DNA of 61,894 nt, the filler included, from Choristocarpus tenellus KU-1152 (lineage: Eukaryota; Protista; Phaeophyceae): the NCBI GenBank assembly GCA_964200185.2. It is 8 parts of 8 records of this genome, joined end to end, with 100 filler letters (N's around TTAATTAATTAA, not from the genome) between each part and the next. Parts side by side here need not be neighbours in the genome. Positions count along the whole stretch, not along the records: positions 25,111 to 31,050 come from CAXNAD020009360.1; positions 31,151 to 35,606 come from CAXNAD020014470.1; positions 35,707 to 47,274 come from CAXNAD020002244.1; 5 more parts are not named here. One strand, given 5' to 3'. Below are positions 26,350 to 39,000 of this stretch, in pieces. The translations under genes and the position numbers were made by a program. Positions within the stretch are counted from its first letter, which is position 1. Every line of letters begins with the position of its first letter. The notes beneath the pieces were generated by a model. That model was not told where the DNA came from, did no database searches, and saw only the letters and a list, made by a program, of their open reading frames with translations.

Positions 26350-29300
26350 CTCAGCCTCCTTCTCCATCAAAGAAGCAGTTCCAATGGAATGCGCCGATGC
26401 CCCCATGGCAATCCCCCGGGGTACCATGTGCTCTTTGCCCACGCCCACGGCATCCAGGACGGATTGCCCAATCGAGGCCCCGTAAACACCTTACGACGTA
26501 AGTCATATCCGATTCATTCGACGGCACCATTTTCACCAAAGAAAAAAGAAAAAGTTGAGAAAAATCGGGTGGGGGAGGGGGAAGGGGAAGGGTGTGGGTG
26601 ATGGATACACAGATAACTATACGGCGTCCACAGACCGAGCACATTAATATTGCTAACTATACAAAACATCTCATGGTAGTGGGGTTCGTGTTGAAAACAT
26701 TGAAAAACACTATAAAAACTTCCTCCGTTTGTAACTAAATGTAGCATAACTTTTGCCAGCTCCGTTCTCGCCAAGGAACGATTCACATGATAACCCTCTC
26801 GACAAAGCGTAGTTCTCATACATATTGGGAGGCATGTAAAGTTTGAGAGGGTAGGCTGCGATATGAATGTGGAAGATCACCAGCGCAAAGTCGACCGAGT
26901 CGCATTGATAGAGTTCAAAAACCTCGCGAAACTGTTGAAGTGCGTGTTTATTGGGATGCCTAAGATGAACGCCCCCTGTAGTTCGAGGGGCTCCTCATCC
27001 CGTCGTCACCCATCGATCTCAATTCTTCGGTCCAGAAGTCTGTCTGGGTTTCAGACTCAAACACCCCAACGAAGAACAGCGTGGGGGCGAGACCTGGAGG
27101 CGAGAGGGCGGGAGACTGAGATGCCTCGGGAGACGACGGTGACCATCGCGGAGGACTTCGGAATTTCCCGAATCACCGTGTTCCGTCATCTGAAGGAATA
27201 CCACAGCCAGATCGCACGGGACGATGTGGCCGTCGTACAAGTATCCTCGATGTTTGATATGCCCCATCGGGTACACCGCACATCCTTCCGCAAATGGGCG
27301 ATCAAAGCTGGGGTCTCCCTTGCCTCATGTGGGATCTGTGCAAGCGCGAGAAGATAAAGGTCAAGAGGTGGATTAAGCCAGTCCTCTCAGACCAGCAGAA
27401 ATCCAACAGGGTGGGTTTCATCATCGATCACTAAGACCCACTTCGCCCTATCCTGTGCGTGTGGCTGATGATATATCCCACCCTGTTGACATGTCGGTGG
27501 TCTGAGAGGGCTGGCTTAATCCACCGCTTGACCTTCTTCACCTTCTCGCGCTTGCACAGATCCACAACAAGGCAAGGGAGGCCCCAGCTTTGGTCCCCCA
27601 TTTGCAAAAGGATATGAGGTGTACCGATGGGATATCCCAAACGTCGAGGATGCTTGTACAACGCCCACATTGCCCCTTGCCACGCCGTACAAGGTCCATG
27701 CATTCACCCTGTGCAATCTGGCTGTCACACTCCTTCAGACGAAGGAACATGGTGATTCAGGAAATTCCGAAGTCCTCCGCCATAGCCGCCCTCGTCTCTC
27801 GAGGCATCCGAGTCTCGCGTCCTCTAGCCTCCAGGCATTGTGCCATCACTGTTCTTCGTTGGGGAGTTTTGAGTCTGGACCAAAGACGAACTTCTGGACC
27901 GAAGAATTGGGACTGATGTGTGACCACGGGATGAGCGAGCCCCTCGTGCGACTGGGGGCCTTCGTCCTAGGCATCCCAATAAACAACGGCTTTGACAGTT
28001 TTACCACGTTTTTGAACCCCATCAAATCTTACTTTGTCAACTTTACACAGGTGATCCTCGAAATCTCAAAATTTGCACGCCTCCCAATCTATATGAGAAC
28101 TAAGCCTCATTGATAGCATTTATCACGTTGATCGTCCTAGGCGAGAACGGAGCTTCCAAAAGTCATGTTTTATCTAATTCCGAGTGGGGGAAGTACATAA
28201 TTCATACATACATCAACTTACTCCATACAAGGCAGACATATCCTAACACCTGCATATGGGGTAAGCACCGGAAAACAAACAAAACATCTCGTTCCGACCT
28301 TAGGGCCTCTAGGCCGCTATCTTGTCCTGATAACTCCCATTCCTAGGCAACAAGACAACGCCTAATAGCACCATGCTACCCTGATCACCAGTGCCTGTAG
28401 CAAAACACAGGACCACTCTCAACACCCATGCCAAATTCCAACAAGATCAAAATATGAGAATCAAGGAATGGGATAAATGTTCCAAGGTGAGAGAGTCGCT
28501 ACTACTCACCAGTTACCAGAATCGAAGCCACAGCAAGTGCAGGGTTTCCACCCAGAAGCGTTGCCGCAGGAATACCTAGGGATGACATCACGGATCGCTG
28601 CGCCAGGGTCATGCTGAGCTTTGGAGGTAGTCCCACCGCCCCAGAAACAGCTGCAGTGCCAAACAGCGATGTCATTGATGACCAAACCGTTGACGTCAAC
28701 AATGGCCCCTACAGTTTCCAAACCATGGATGGAGTGGGGGCACAGAGGGAGGGGATGGGAGGGAGGGGGGGGAGGTTAAGAGAGTTGGGAAAGAGGAGTA
28801 TAAACAGTCACTTGGTGGTTGGGTTGGGTTTGTGAGGTAGAGTGAGAAGGGAATCGTGTGTACTGGTGTGGCTAATAGCCCGGGGATGGGAGGGAGGAGG
28901 GGGGAGGTTAAGAGAGTTCGGAAAGAGGAGTATAAACAGTCGCTTGGTGGTTGGGTTGGGTTTGTGAGGTAGAGTGAGAAGGGAATCGTGTGTATTGGTG
29001 TGGCTAATAGCCCGTGTTGAAGAGACTCATCAATGTTTTTTTTCTTTCTTGGGTTAGAGTTCGGGTCAAAAAAAAAATGTTACCATCGTATCTTAAAACA
29101 AAAGGTAATCCGAACAAGAGGTAAGGTGGTACAATAGCAGGTACAGCCATGTACAGACATGCAGACACACCAAGCCTAGCCCAGTTCAAGTACTTCTGGT
29201 CGAGCCTTTTTTTTCATTACTTACAGGAAAACCAATATTTATTACACCCACACAAAACCAGGAGCCAAAGTTACACACTCATACATGCACGCACACACAC

Positions 29301-29611
29301 ATAACATACACAATCATAAGGAAATTTTGCCTCTCATAAAATACTGCTGCCAATTAACAAAGAACAAAAAACGAATTCAAATAGCTCAATCGACCGACGT
29401 GTTAACTTAAACATATTTTTTGAAAACCCGAACAATCACGAACACTAATTACAAACAGACACAGACGCAACACACACACACACCAGGTTCCTGCTGAGAA
29501 CATCCCTGTTGTAGAACATGCGGAATCCCAAAGCACAGCAAGAGGCGTTTAAGAACCCGAAGAAGAAGTCACCAGCACCCCCTGACAGCATGCCCCCCTT
29601 AGAAAAGTACC
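26350..29611 (-). CDS. LrgB-domain membrane protein (PLGG1-like glycolate/glycerate transporter family), partial. Exons 29611-29484, 28708-28510, 26489-26350
   Basis: Spliced peptide YFSKGGMLSGGAGDFFFGFLNASCCALGFRMFYNRDVLSRNL / ...LAQRSVMSSLGIPAATLLGGNPALAVASILVTG / VYGASIG...PRGIAMGASAHSIGTASLMEKE matches LrgB motifs (GAGD, RS(V/I)T, RG.A.G..AH.IGTA). Exon phases are compatible. Confidence 0.85.
26730..28182. mobile_element. Intronic foldback: diverged inverted arms (~26730-27432 and ~27460-28182), each carrying an HTH-like ORF remnant
   Basis: The arms are mutual reverse complements, e.g. ctccgttctcgcc vs ggcgagaacggag and caacagggtggg vs cccaccctgttg. The left arm encodes TIAEDFGISRITVFRHLKE, resembling a transposase-type helix-turn-helix. 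Confidence 0.75.
28750..29013. repeat. ~133-bp tandem duplication, intronic
   Basis: gggatggga...gtgtggctaatagccc occurs twice. Confidence 0.9.
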
Positions 29612-31352
29612 CTGCAATGCAATTGCAATAGATACACGTTAAACCCATCGACAGCAGTTATTGGTTGGCGGGGTTGTGGAAGGTGTCAGAGCAAGATCAA
29701 CGTGTTCCTATTGGCTGAATACGACATGCAGGCTATTTCGGTTGGTCTAAATATTACTTCAAACAAAAACAAAAACTGTGCAAATCAGATCTATAGCCCA
29801 CAAATGTCAGGCATTACAGGCTGGAATAACATGGACGTCGAATTTCTGAACGGTTGGCAAAAGGGACGCGTGGAGGCACAAATATATATATATATATATA
29901 TTAGATGTGTTGACCCATAGTTACTCTTCCTGATAGGTCTTCAATCCTAAATGCATTGTGATTGGCTGAACATGGCATGAATCTTTTTCATTGGTCTAAA
30001 ATGTTCTACCCTTTTGCATTGTTGTAAATCCCAAATGTATTCGAATTCCAGAAATAAAACACGATAAAGGTTATTCCATTGGTCAAAAAATTAACTCTTC
30101 ATGCGGTGCCTTTGTTCTCAAACACATCCCCATTAACTCAGTGCGACCACACAGGCTAAACTTACTGCATAATGGTCGAAATGATCTAACTCGTGTGTTT
30201 TGGGTCTTCCATCTATATTAAAACTAGTGCTTCACAAGAACTCACTTGAAGTGTTCAAGTCCATTTTTAATAGGGCGCCATAGATGTAAAAAAGAATATG
30301 GTGTTCTTATCCTTGGCTCCATTCTTAAAATAAAAATATTTCAAAACTAAGACAGAGCATAGCTCTAGAGAACCCAACACGCCTCAAATGCTCTTGCCAA
30401 TACATTTTTTTTTTCCTTTGAAGGAACAGAAAAAAACACTCTCAACATTTCCGTGAAACACACCACACAACACAACATCATTATTGCTGTTTAGTTCACA
30501 AATGATCCTACCACCCATTCTGATGTTCCAAGTTCTTAACCCAGAACAAGTGGAGATTTACCACCTGGAACTCTTCATGCCCTTGAAAGCACCAGCGCGC
30601 TGTTTAAATAGAGCATCTTCATTTGAAGTCTCACGACCCCTAACCCTAACCCCAACCCTAAAATATACATGTTTTCGTTATCATGACAGTGTTCTTGCTA
30701 ATCATACACTCTCTATGTACATACACACCCACTAACAATCTGTCGGAAAGACACAACTCTTTCCGAATCAACTTCGGTTCAATGCCCTTGCAGTCAGGAT
30801 TTCATTCTTTTTATTTTTCCTCTCCAAGGCCCCACACCTTACTTTACACACACATGTATATATATATATTGACACTGTAAGCACTCCGGGTGGGGTATGC
30901 AGCATACGCCTTCCAATTCTTTGACACTGACTTTCACATCAACACCAAATGCACCAAAAGAAAAAAAAAATCTTGAAGTCGTAGTAGTGGATGAGAAGGC
31001 CGTTTTTTGCTTTGCTCCCTTAGGGTCAAAAACGGACACCGGCACCCCCCNNNNNNNNNNNNNNNNNNNNNNNNNNNNNNNNNNNNNNNNNNNNTTAATT
31101 AATTAANNNNNNNNNNNNNNNNNNNNNNNNNNNNNNNNNNNNNNNNNNNNCCGCAAGAAAAAAAAAAAAAATCTTCTTGATACAGTTGCTTGCTACATTT
31201 TCATCACTGTTCACCCTCACGAAATATTTCGTTAAAAAATCATCAAAAAAACAAAATTACATCTAATATCATTATCATTGTTATTTTATTAATAGATAAA
31301 TATTTATCGATTGTTTAAAATGCATTCGTCAACTGAAGTACATTTAAAATAA

Positions 31353-31406
<54 letters not shown>

Positions 31407-31668
31407 TCTGACACCACCACAAAAACTTAGCACAAACCACATGCAGCAAAAGAAGAGAGATTCTTGCTGCTACTACACAAAACATGAATACACACCACTG
31501 GTAAGGATAGTGTTAGGGCTACAGTTAGGAATAGCCCCGCGACAACTAACTCTGTGCAAGTGCATCACATAAACATTCACCTTCAAAAAAATCCCCCCCA
31601 AAATAAAATTATACACACTACGTAGATCTTAGAGCGCACACCCTTCTCCCATGAAGTGACAAACTCAC

Positions 31669-33572
31669 CCATGCTCATGGCCTTGACGAGTTGTTCCGAT
31701 GCAAAACGCCTACGCACACTGCAACTCTTGCACGCCTCTGCCAGTTGCGAACGCCTCGAGTCCAGCGCACTCGCCTTCTGCAGCAACAGGGTTCGGCATT
31801 GAGCCATCTCCGCTGAGACAGCCCCCCCCCCCCAAACACACACGCATACATCCCGGCAAAACGTCATTGAAGTTATTAGATTCATTAAAAATACTCAATA
31901 TAATAGGGTGAAAAAGTGCTGTTGTGTTACCCTGAGTTGGTTAAACAGTCTTTAACTACGCTGCTGGGCGGATCCTACATGAGTCGAACCACTTTTCCGT
32001 TCCAAGGATTGTTTGCAGATTATTGAGGGCTGCTCCTATGCAGGCCATGATTGGACTGTGAGTGGATCAGTGGGGGGGCTGGAATTGAACAAATGGTCGT
32101 GCAAGGTCCATTTCCGGGCAATGGCAGGAGGAGAAGAGCAATCCTTGCTCTTTGTGAGACATTAATATCTCCATTAGAATAATTGTTTCAAGGTAAATCA
32201 GAGCTAGACCTGTGCAGTGGGGTTAATACATGAAGCAATATCCACATGCATTTATGTCAATATATAACGTAACGGCAACAATTGGCTCTGCATATCCAAG
32301 GAGTCGACTAAAGAACTGAGAAAAAAAGCAGGTATCATACAATCGGTTCCATCACTCGAAAAATGACTCCACCAAAAGGTTAGGTTCAAAAAGGTTTAGA
32401 AACATCTACATGTATGCGGGAGACTCGAAGGAGGTCAATACTGCTCAGGCAAGGAATACGCAGCCTGACAAATATTTTTACCAAGATGGGAATCTCGAAG
32501 CAAAGGGGGCGATTGCAATATACAAAGGTGTGGCTCACCCTTTGTCCACAGACGAAATGGCCAAGAGCATCGAGACTAGGAACTTTGAACTACGATTATG
32601 AGGAGTACCAAATAGAAAGTACGTGACACCCCGGGCGAAAATACTACCGTATAACGTTCCTCATGACCAATTGAATGCACGACGCACAGTCTGTGAAGGC
32701 CACAAAAAAATCCCTCTTCGTCTTCGATCGATGGAGCTGCAGTGGTCAAGGTCTTGATCACTTCAGATACTCTATTGATGACCTGAAATTGAAGTAACAC
32801 AAGTAACGATGTCCTCCCCACAACAAAATCGCTCACCTGCGCGTTGTGCTACAACCTCACGATCTGCTGCCACCCTTTCCCTTCGCTTTTTTACTCTAGC
32901 TAACTCCTCAATCAGGCCTTGTTCCTCCCGTGCCACACCCGAATGGCCCATCCACCCTTCAAGGAACCCCCAAACCTTCCACATTATTGGTGTGTAAGTT
33001 GAACATTTTTATGTCGGGACAAAGAGCGGCAGTAAATAAATCGAGTCTGGGAGTCCATCAAAGGTCGTGTTATGGTTTGTTCATCAACGGATTGTCTAGT
33101 TCTCCAATATCGCGTACGAGGGCTTAAAGGGAATACACACACCCTTGTTTTACCAACAATTGCGTTTCCAGTAAGCTAAGCAGATGTAATTCTATCGATC
33201 TCTCTTCATGATGCCACATATTCAGCTTTCCAGTAGCCACACCGACCAACCATCGTTCACCACGAAAATAGACGCATCAATAGATATCCGACTTACCGAA
33301 GAGGGGCGAACCCCCTTCTTCAACCTAGCAATGGATGGGGAGTCACATAATGGAGAATCCAACTCCACGTCTGAAATTCCTTCCATTTCCACTCCTTCTC
33401 GCCTCTCCCCAACCCCGTGCATACTGTTCGACGATGCCAGTGGAGATTTGGCAACGACCCCATTTTTGTCCACATCTTCCGAGGTCTCCTGCAAACTTTG
33501 AAGAGCATCGCGGTACAGCACCACTTGCTGCTCAGCAAGAGCGAGTCTTCCCTCGAGCTCTGTCTGAGCCAT
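31669..33572 (-). CDS. Beclin-1/Atg6(Vps30)-like protein, 5' part. Exons 33572-33297, ~32975-32837, 31812-31669
   Basis: The spliced EEQGLIEELARVKKRRERVAADREVVAQRA-AEMAQCRTLLLQKASALDSRRSQLAEACKSCSVRRRFASEQLVKAMSM aligns without gaps to the Beclin-1 coiled coil as I recall it ([24 protein letters not shown]...LKSVENQMRYAQTQLDKL). N-terminal LEGRLALAEQQVVLYRDAL resembles the preceding Beclin helix. Phases 0/1/1 are consistent. No BARA-domain exons are in the contig. Confidence 0.6.
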
Positions 33573-33803
33573 CCCTCATAGGCCGTTCCTCCCCACTCCC
33601 AACTTAAGTATTTCAATTTGATGTACGCCTTCAACCCTCCATTCAACACACTTCGATTAAAAATAGTCTACACGCGGACAGATTGAAGGTATATATACCG
33701 CCTTTCCAACACATGAACAACACCTACACGAATTACCCTTCCTCTTACATTTTAACTTTCTACGAGCACCAAAAGAGAGGCCTGAATTGCTTAGTTAAGA
33801 GAG
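33573..33803. promoter_or_regulatory. Putative bidirectional promoter between divergent start codons
   Basis: Only 231 bp separate ATG 33572 (-) from ATG 33804 (+). This is inferred from geometry only. Confidence 0.5.
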
Positions 33804-34679
33804 ATGCCCAACAGGACTGTTCTGAGTTGCGTAGCCCTGCTCGTGTTGGCTGGCCTGTCAGTTTGTCTATCTTTTTCGGTTCGAGTCCCCAGTGCTCGTG
33901 GGCACCCTTCCAGGCGCGCAATTTCAATGGAGCAACAGCCCCTGAAAGCTGGCGACCCTTTGCCAAGTACACCGATCAGGTGTGCGATACACAGGAGTTG
34001 GTTCTTACTCTACATTCCGCTTTTGCGTGTGACTAGCTATAACCTGAATTACCTGAGGCAGTACCACTTTCCATCATGTTGCATCCAATAGCAAACTCGC
34101 AGGCAATGACGTGGTTGATAGTTGTTGTTTGCAGGACCCTGTCCCATGCAAATGATACATAGTGTATTTTCCCCGTCTTGTGCTATTAATGTGCCTGTGA
34201 CTTGGTTGTTGCTCCCCTCAAACGTATGCATACTTTTAGGTACAACCCACCCCAAACCCCACGTGATGCTTATCGTGCATGGCGAGTTGATTATTGTCTT
34301 TTTTGGTCAGGCCTACGACCCAAATTCTACACGCTCTCTTGATGCACCTTAATGTTCGTCATTCCAGGATACCTCCTGGTCCAAAGAAAAGCCTCTGACG
34401 CAGGGGGTCCAATTTCGAGCGTTTTTTTGTGTAGAAGTATTATCCTCAGGATGGACGTTCAATCTTTCGGTCACATTTTCGTACTGTTTGATTTGCCACT
34501 CCTGGTTTCCCTGCTGCAGATACACTGGAAGTGATGGAAAGATTGCCACGACAAGTCTCCGTGATGTGTTCGGGGACAAGAAGGGTGTCCTATTTGGAGT
34601 TCCTGGAGCCTATACCCCGACATGTTCTAACAATCATCTTCCTGGGTTTATTGCCATGGCAGACGAGCTGGCGAAAAAG
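33804..34679 (+). CDS. Type II peroxiredoxin (Prx5/PrxII family), probably plastid-targeted, 5' part. Exons 33804-33979, 34520-34679
   Basis: LKAGDPLP...FGDKKGVLFGVPGAYTPTCSNNHLPGFI is the PrxII active-site motif (P.A(F/Y)TPTCS..HLPGF). The phase-2 intron is consistent. N-terminal hydrophobic signal peptide ends CLS-F (ASAFAP-like) and is followed by an S/R-rich transit peptide. Confidence 0.92.
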
Positions 34680-35362
34680 GTGCTCATAAGATTGCAGCTA
34701 TTGTTGCAGCACCGCCTCGTAGTTTCAATTTTCTCAAGATGATACCTCTCTTGCTGTGGATGTTGTTATTGTATGATGCTTTGCTGCCAACACCTTGGCA
34801 CTACATGCCATGCATCACCACGCACTGTCATCCATTGCTTTCGGTGAACACCACATAGCTTGCTAGCTGATTAAACATGCTCCACCTACAGTCACATAAT
34901 TGTGATCTTCAGTGAAGTGATCTTTTCGTTTGGCGCCTATGGCTGGTCAAGGTACAGAGTATTATGTCGCAAAACTGTATGGGAGCTATGCTTGTGGTTC
35001 ACTATTTTGTCCTCCTCGCTCTCTTTCTCTTCCCTGTATCGCAGGGAAATGATAGGTACAGACTCACCATAATTCGTTTTGCGTGATCGAACACATCAGT
35101 ATTGATATTCCGTCGCAAAGTTCAATAGGTTACAGGTTTCACACGATTCCCCTTAGCACAACATGAGCAAAGGGGTTTGGTGGTGTGAGGATCATGTGTT
35201 ATTGAAGAGTGTGATGAGGGGATCCACTGGTGGATTTTGCCCGGACAGATTGCGACGTGTTTGATTAGGTGTGTGTATAGGAGAAAGGTTTAAAAGGATC
35301 TGTGTGTCTTTAGGTGCGATTGAGCAAAAGAATAGTGACAACCGATGAAAATCTACTCCTTG

Positions 35363-35396
<34 letters not shown>

Positions 35397-35706
35397 GGTG
35401 TAGCCTCAGGAGGGCAACCACTTTGCAACCCAACGGCAGACCTGTGTGCATCTCAGTCAATGTCTCCCTGAGTTTGTAAGGCCAAGTCATTTTCCATCAC
35501 GTGGTCAGGGTCCAAATGGACACCCCAGTACAGACCCCCCCCCCCCCCCCCCCCCCTTTTTCTCTTTCTTTTCTTATTTGGGCTTGTTTTGTTTTTGGTG
35601 TGTATTNNNNNNNNNNNNNNNNNNNNNNNNNNNNNNNNNNNNNNNNNNNNTTAATTAATTAANNNNNNNNNNNNNNNNNNNNNNNNNNNNNNNNNNNNNN
35701 NNNNNN

Positions 35707-35904
35707 GGTCTGGAGAACCCATTGCCCCAAAGTATGGGGGGGGGGGGAGGGGTCTACACCAGGGTGTCCAATTGGGGCAAAATTAGGAAAAGTGTTTTTT
35801 TCATTAGACATCTGACATATGCAACCAAATTACCCAAAAATTGCAACAAGAAAAGCTTGACCCCAAATGGACAGCCGCCACCCCCCCCCCAGATACTTTG
35901 AGCC
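35707..35904. mobile_element. Truncated MITE-like element of the GRGTSAAAGTATCT terminal-repeat family
   Basis: aaagtatgggggg at ~35730 and cccccccagatactttgagcc at ~35885-35904. The same terminus occurs at 12303 and ~21400 next to contig ends. Confidence 0.55.
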
Positions 35905-36051
35905 TATTTTCTGTGCAAGCATGTTGCCCACACTTACACATCCCTACTTGAATCACACTCGTTCAACTGAAGATATCTACTGAGGCCTACTCAAATCCAT
36001 AATTCACTTCCAGAACCCCAATTTCTCATTTTTGCTTTCTTCAAATATCAG

Positions 36052-39000
36052 GAGTTAGCCCTAGTTTGGCAGGGAGTACCCTTGCGGTTTGACTGGCAAT
36101 TTGCGGTTGATGACGCACATTATGAAAGAGCAAGGGGGAAGGGTGCCCACAAAAAAGACAAGGCATGGTGGACAAAAGCTAGCATTCTTGGAGTAGTGGG
36201 AGATCACAATGTGAAGGATAAGACTGACAGTGGGACAGGATACACCAGCCTACTGTCCAACGGAAATGAGATCCTGGAGCTTGTGGAGCATGCTCGAATT
36301 GTGATTGATTCTGTGGTTAATGCTCCACAGGCCCTTCTAGCTGCTGCTGCAATATGTGATAAGGCTATCAAATGGCAGGAGGATCTGACGTGGTTTCAGG
36401 TCAGTTGAGATCCCAAATATAACAGATGAAGGACTCCACTATTGGACTGGCAGCATACGAAGGGGTTTCAAGGATGCTGGGAGTACAAAAAGAAAAAAAC
36501 AGAAGAAAGAAAGTAGCAATAAGAGATGGGTTAGAACTTGTGTGAGCATGTAGGAGCAAGCATGAAATGGAGTCTGCTCTTGTTTTGAAGGGCATGACCC
36601 GTTTCAGGTCCCTTGCAGTAACTGCAAATTAAACCCCTCCTTTTTCAGTATAGAATATTATTATTGAATATTGTTCATATTATCTGAATTGAGAAATTCT
36701 GATGCGTGAGACTGTTCCTGTGGTGCAGGAGCTGGTAGTCGTGTTTCTGTCCGTCCAAGAGCAGTGGGTTCGTCTTGCTCCGTCCTTTGCATCAGAAGAG
36801 GCTGGTGAGGGGCAAGCATTGCATGAGCAGCGACGTTTCACTGAGGTGTCCAGGTGAGTTGTCTTAGTCTCGTTCATTTTCTTTTATATTCCACATCTGC
36901 TTGAGTCTGCTATCTCATGACAAGATTTTCTGAGATATATGCCAACCAAAGTAATGATTTGCTGTGTTGCCATTTTGGAATCCCTGATTAGAGGTTGTGC
37001 CATAGAGATTGTCAGGTTGGGTTGTCCAGATGTGATTGATATGTGGGGTATGCAGTGCGCATGAGTTGTTCCTAGGTGCAACATGTGCAATTGGCTGCAT
37101 GTGCTGTTTCCTAATCATCTGCTCGTGCAGCACTTAGGACAACTGTTTGACGCAAGTGGATATATCCTCTCACTCCACAGATGTTAAAAGTCCAAATTGG
37201 TGAGCACATTGTTTTTGCTGCAGTAAATACCAAACCAAACCACATGAGTTACAATATCCACTCTAGTCTGGGAATAGATGAAGGTGCAAAATCGACCAAG
37301 TAAGCCCTTCAAAGAGACTTGAAGAGTGGCCAGGTGACGTGGACTGAAAATGCTTTTGTCCTCCCTGTCAGCAAAGATACCTCAAGTGCATGAGCCCCTC
37401 GAACTTTCACCTCCTAAAAAATGCATGATGCCTTAGTTTGACCTAAGGTGATCGTCACATTTCTTACTGCAACAATTTTTAAGGATGCCAAGTAAATTGA
37501 AGAGCAAGAAAATCAAGATCTTTCCCCTCACAATCACTCTGAAGTTTAAAGATGAACATAAGGGACGGCAAAATATGGTTTTGAGTCCAAAAAAATGAGG
37601 GAAGATGGCTTAGTTTCTGATATCAGACACTGTTTGATTCCTTTCAGGCGTTTTCAGACAATCCTTGCCCAGATGCAAAATGCTAAGCTCTTTGAGGTGA
37701 TAGTGGAAGACCAGGACACAAAGAGGATAGGACGATCTCTGCTCAGCAAGATACAAAAAATACAAGAGGATCTTGAGGGGCTGGCCTATACCATGGACAG
37801 GCAAGTGGCACACTAGATAGGTCACACTCTTGCTTGTTACTCACTGTTGGGCTCTATACCTATGGCAGCCCAAATGATGTTAGGCTTGAATGGAGTGTCC
37901 TACAAGGATACACATTGCAACCAATAATACTGTGCTGTACTTACAGCACAAGCTGTGGCGAAATGGAGGGGAGAGCACAGGGATATTGAATATTAAACAG
38001 AGCAAAATAGAATCTTCGCAGGATTTTGCAATTGGAGACTGCCGTCAAATGCAAGTCAGTGGGCTCTTCTCCTTTATGGTCAAATTCGCTCACCATAACA
38101 AGGGGTTTGGTTCGCTATAAACCTGCAAGTACCCTGCCTCGTCCAAGATATAGAAATACCTTTCACAACCTTTGCCCAACAATGCTAATCAGTACTGTGA
38201 TGTGAGACCTGTTGGTCACACAACCTACTTTGTGTGCTGAAATCTGAATCCTTGCCTTGGAATACCTGATGCAAAAACGCACGTATCCCTTGCTATAACA
38301 AAAACGTCTCCATCAACACTCTGGATTGAAAATACTCTGGCTGACCGTCAGCTTTCAGACATGTATATTGTGCAACTGAATGTGGATGTCCGTCAGCCTT
38401 CAGATATGTGTATTGTGCAACTCAATGTGGATGCAGGTGGCTACGGGAACGCATGGCCTCTTGCCCCCGTCTTCAGGCCCTTCCTCGATACCAGCTCTAT
38501 CGCTTCTTCCGTGACTGGGCAACAGGGCATGTGCCTTCAGGGGCAAGTGCAGGGGAGGTCAATGAGCGCATGTCAAAGGTCTTCCGTGGAGTTGGAGAAA
38601 TTATCTGGCACAAGGTAATGTGGGATTGTGATTTGAATGTTCTTTCCTTGCTCTCACTCCTGAGGAGACCTGAATTGATCTACAAGGTACTTGAGTGAGT
38701 CAGAGTAAACGAAAGGTACCCCCATTGTTGCATTTTAAGGATACTGACAAAAATGAACAAAGTCTCTTTTTTTGTAAGTGAGTATAAGAATTTTCTTGAT
38801 TTTGTCAAAATTTTTCAAAACATTAGAGAAATATGCGTTCTCAAGTCAAAGTTAGCACTTCATCCGTAGAAATATCGGTGAACTGTGAAAGAATAAAAAA
38901 ACTGGCTTAAAATGCAAAACGGTCAAAACCTGGGCACCTCTCGTTTAGTTTGTCTTGGTATGAGTATCTCAAAACATGGTTCGTCCAAAAGCAAGACAGA

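Noticed and set aside
32576-32836. ORF FQVINRVSEVIKTL... as an extra exon of the Beclin-like gene
   Set aside because: Phase is incompatible with the donor at 32836. Direct splicing to 31812 keeps the frame and the coiled-coil alignment.
34520-34679. Selenocysteine or stop-codon recoding in the peroxiredoxin
   Set aside because: The active-site codon is TGT (Cys), with no in-frame TGA.
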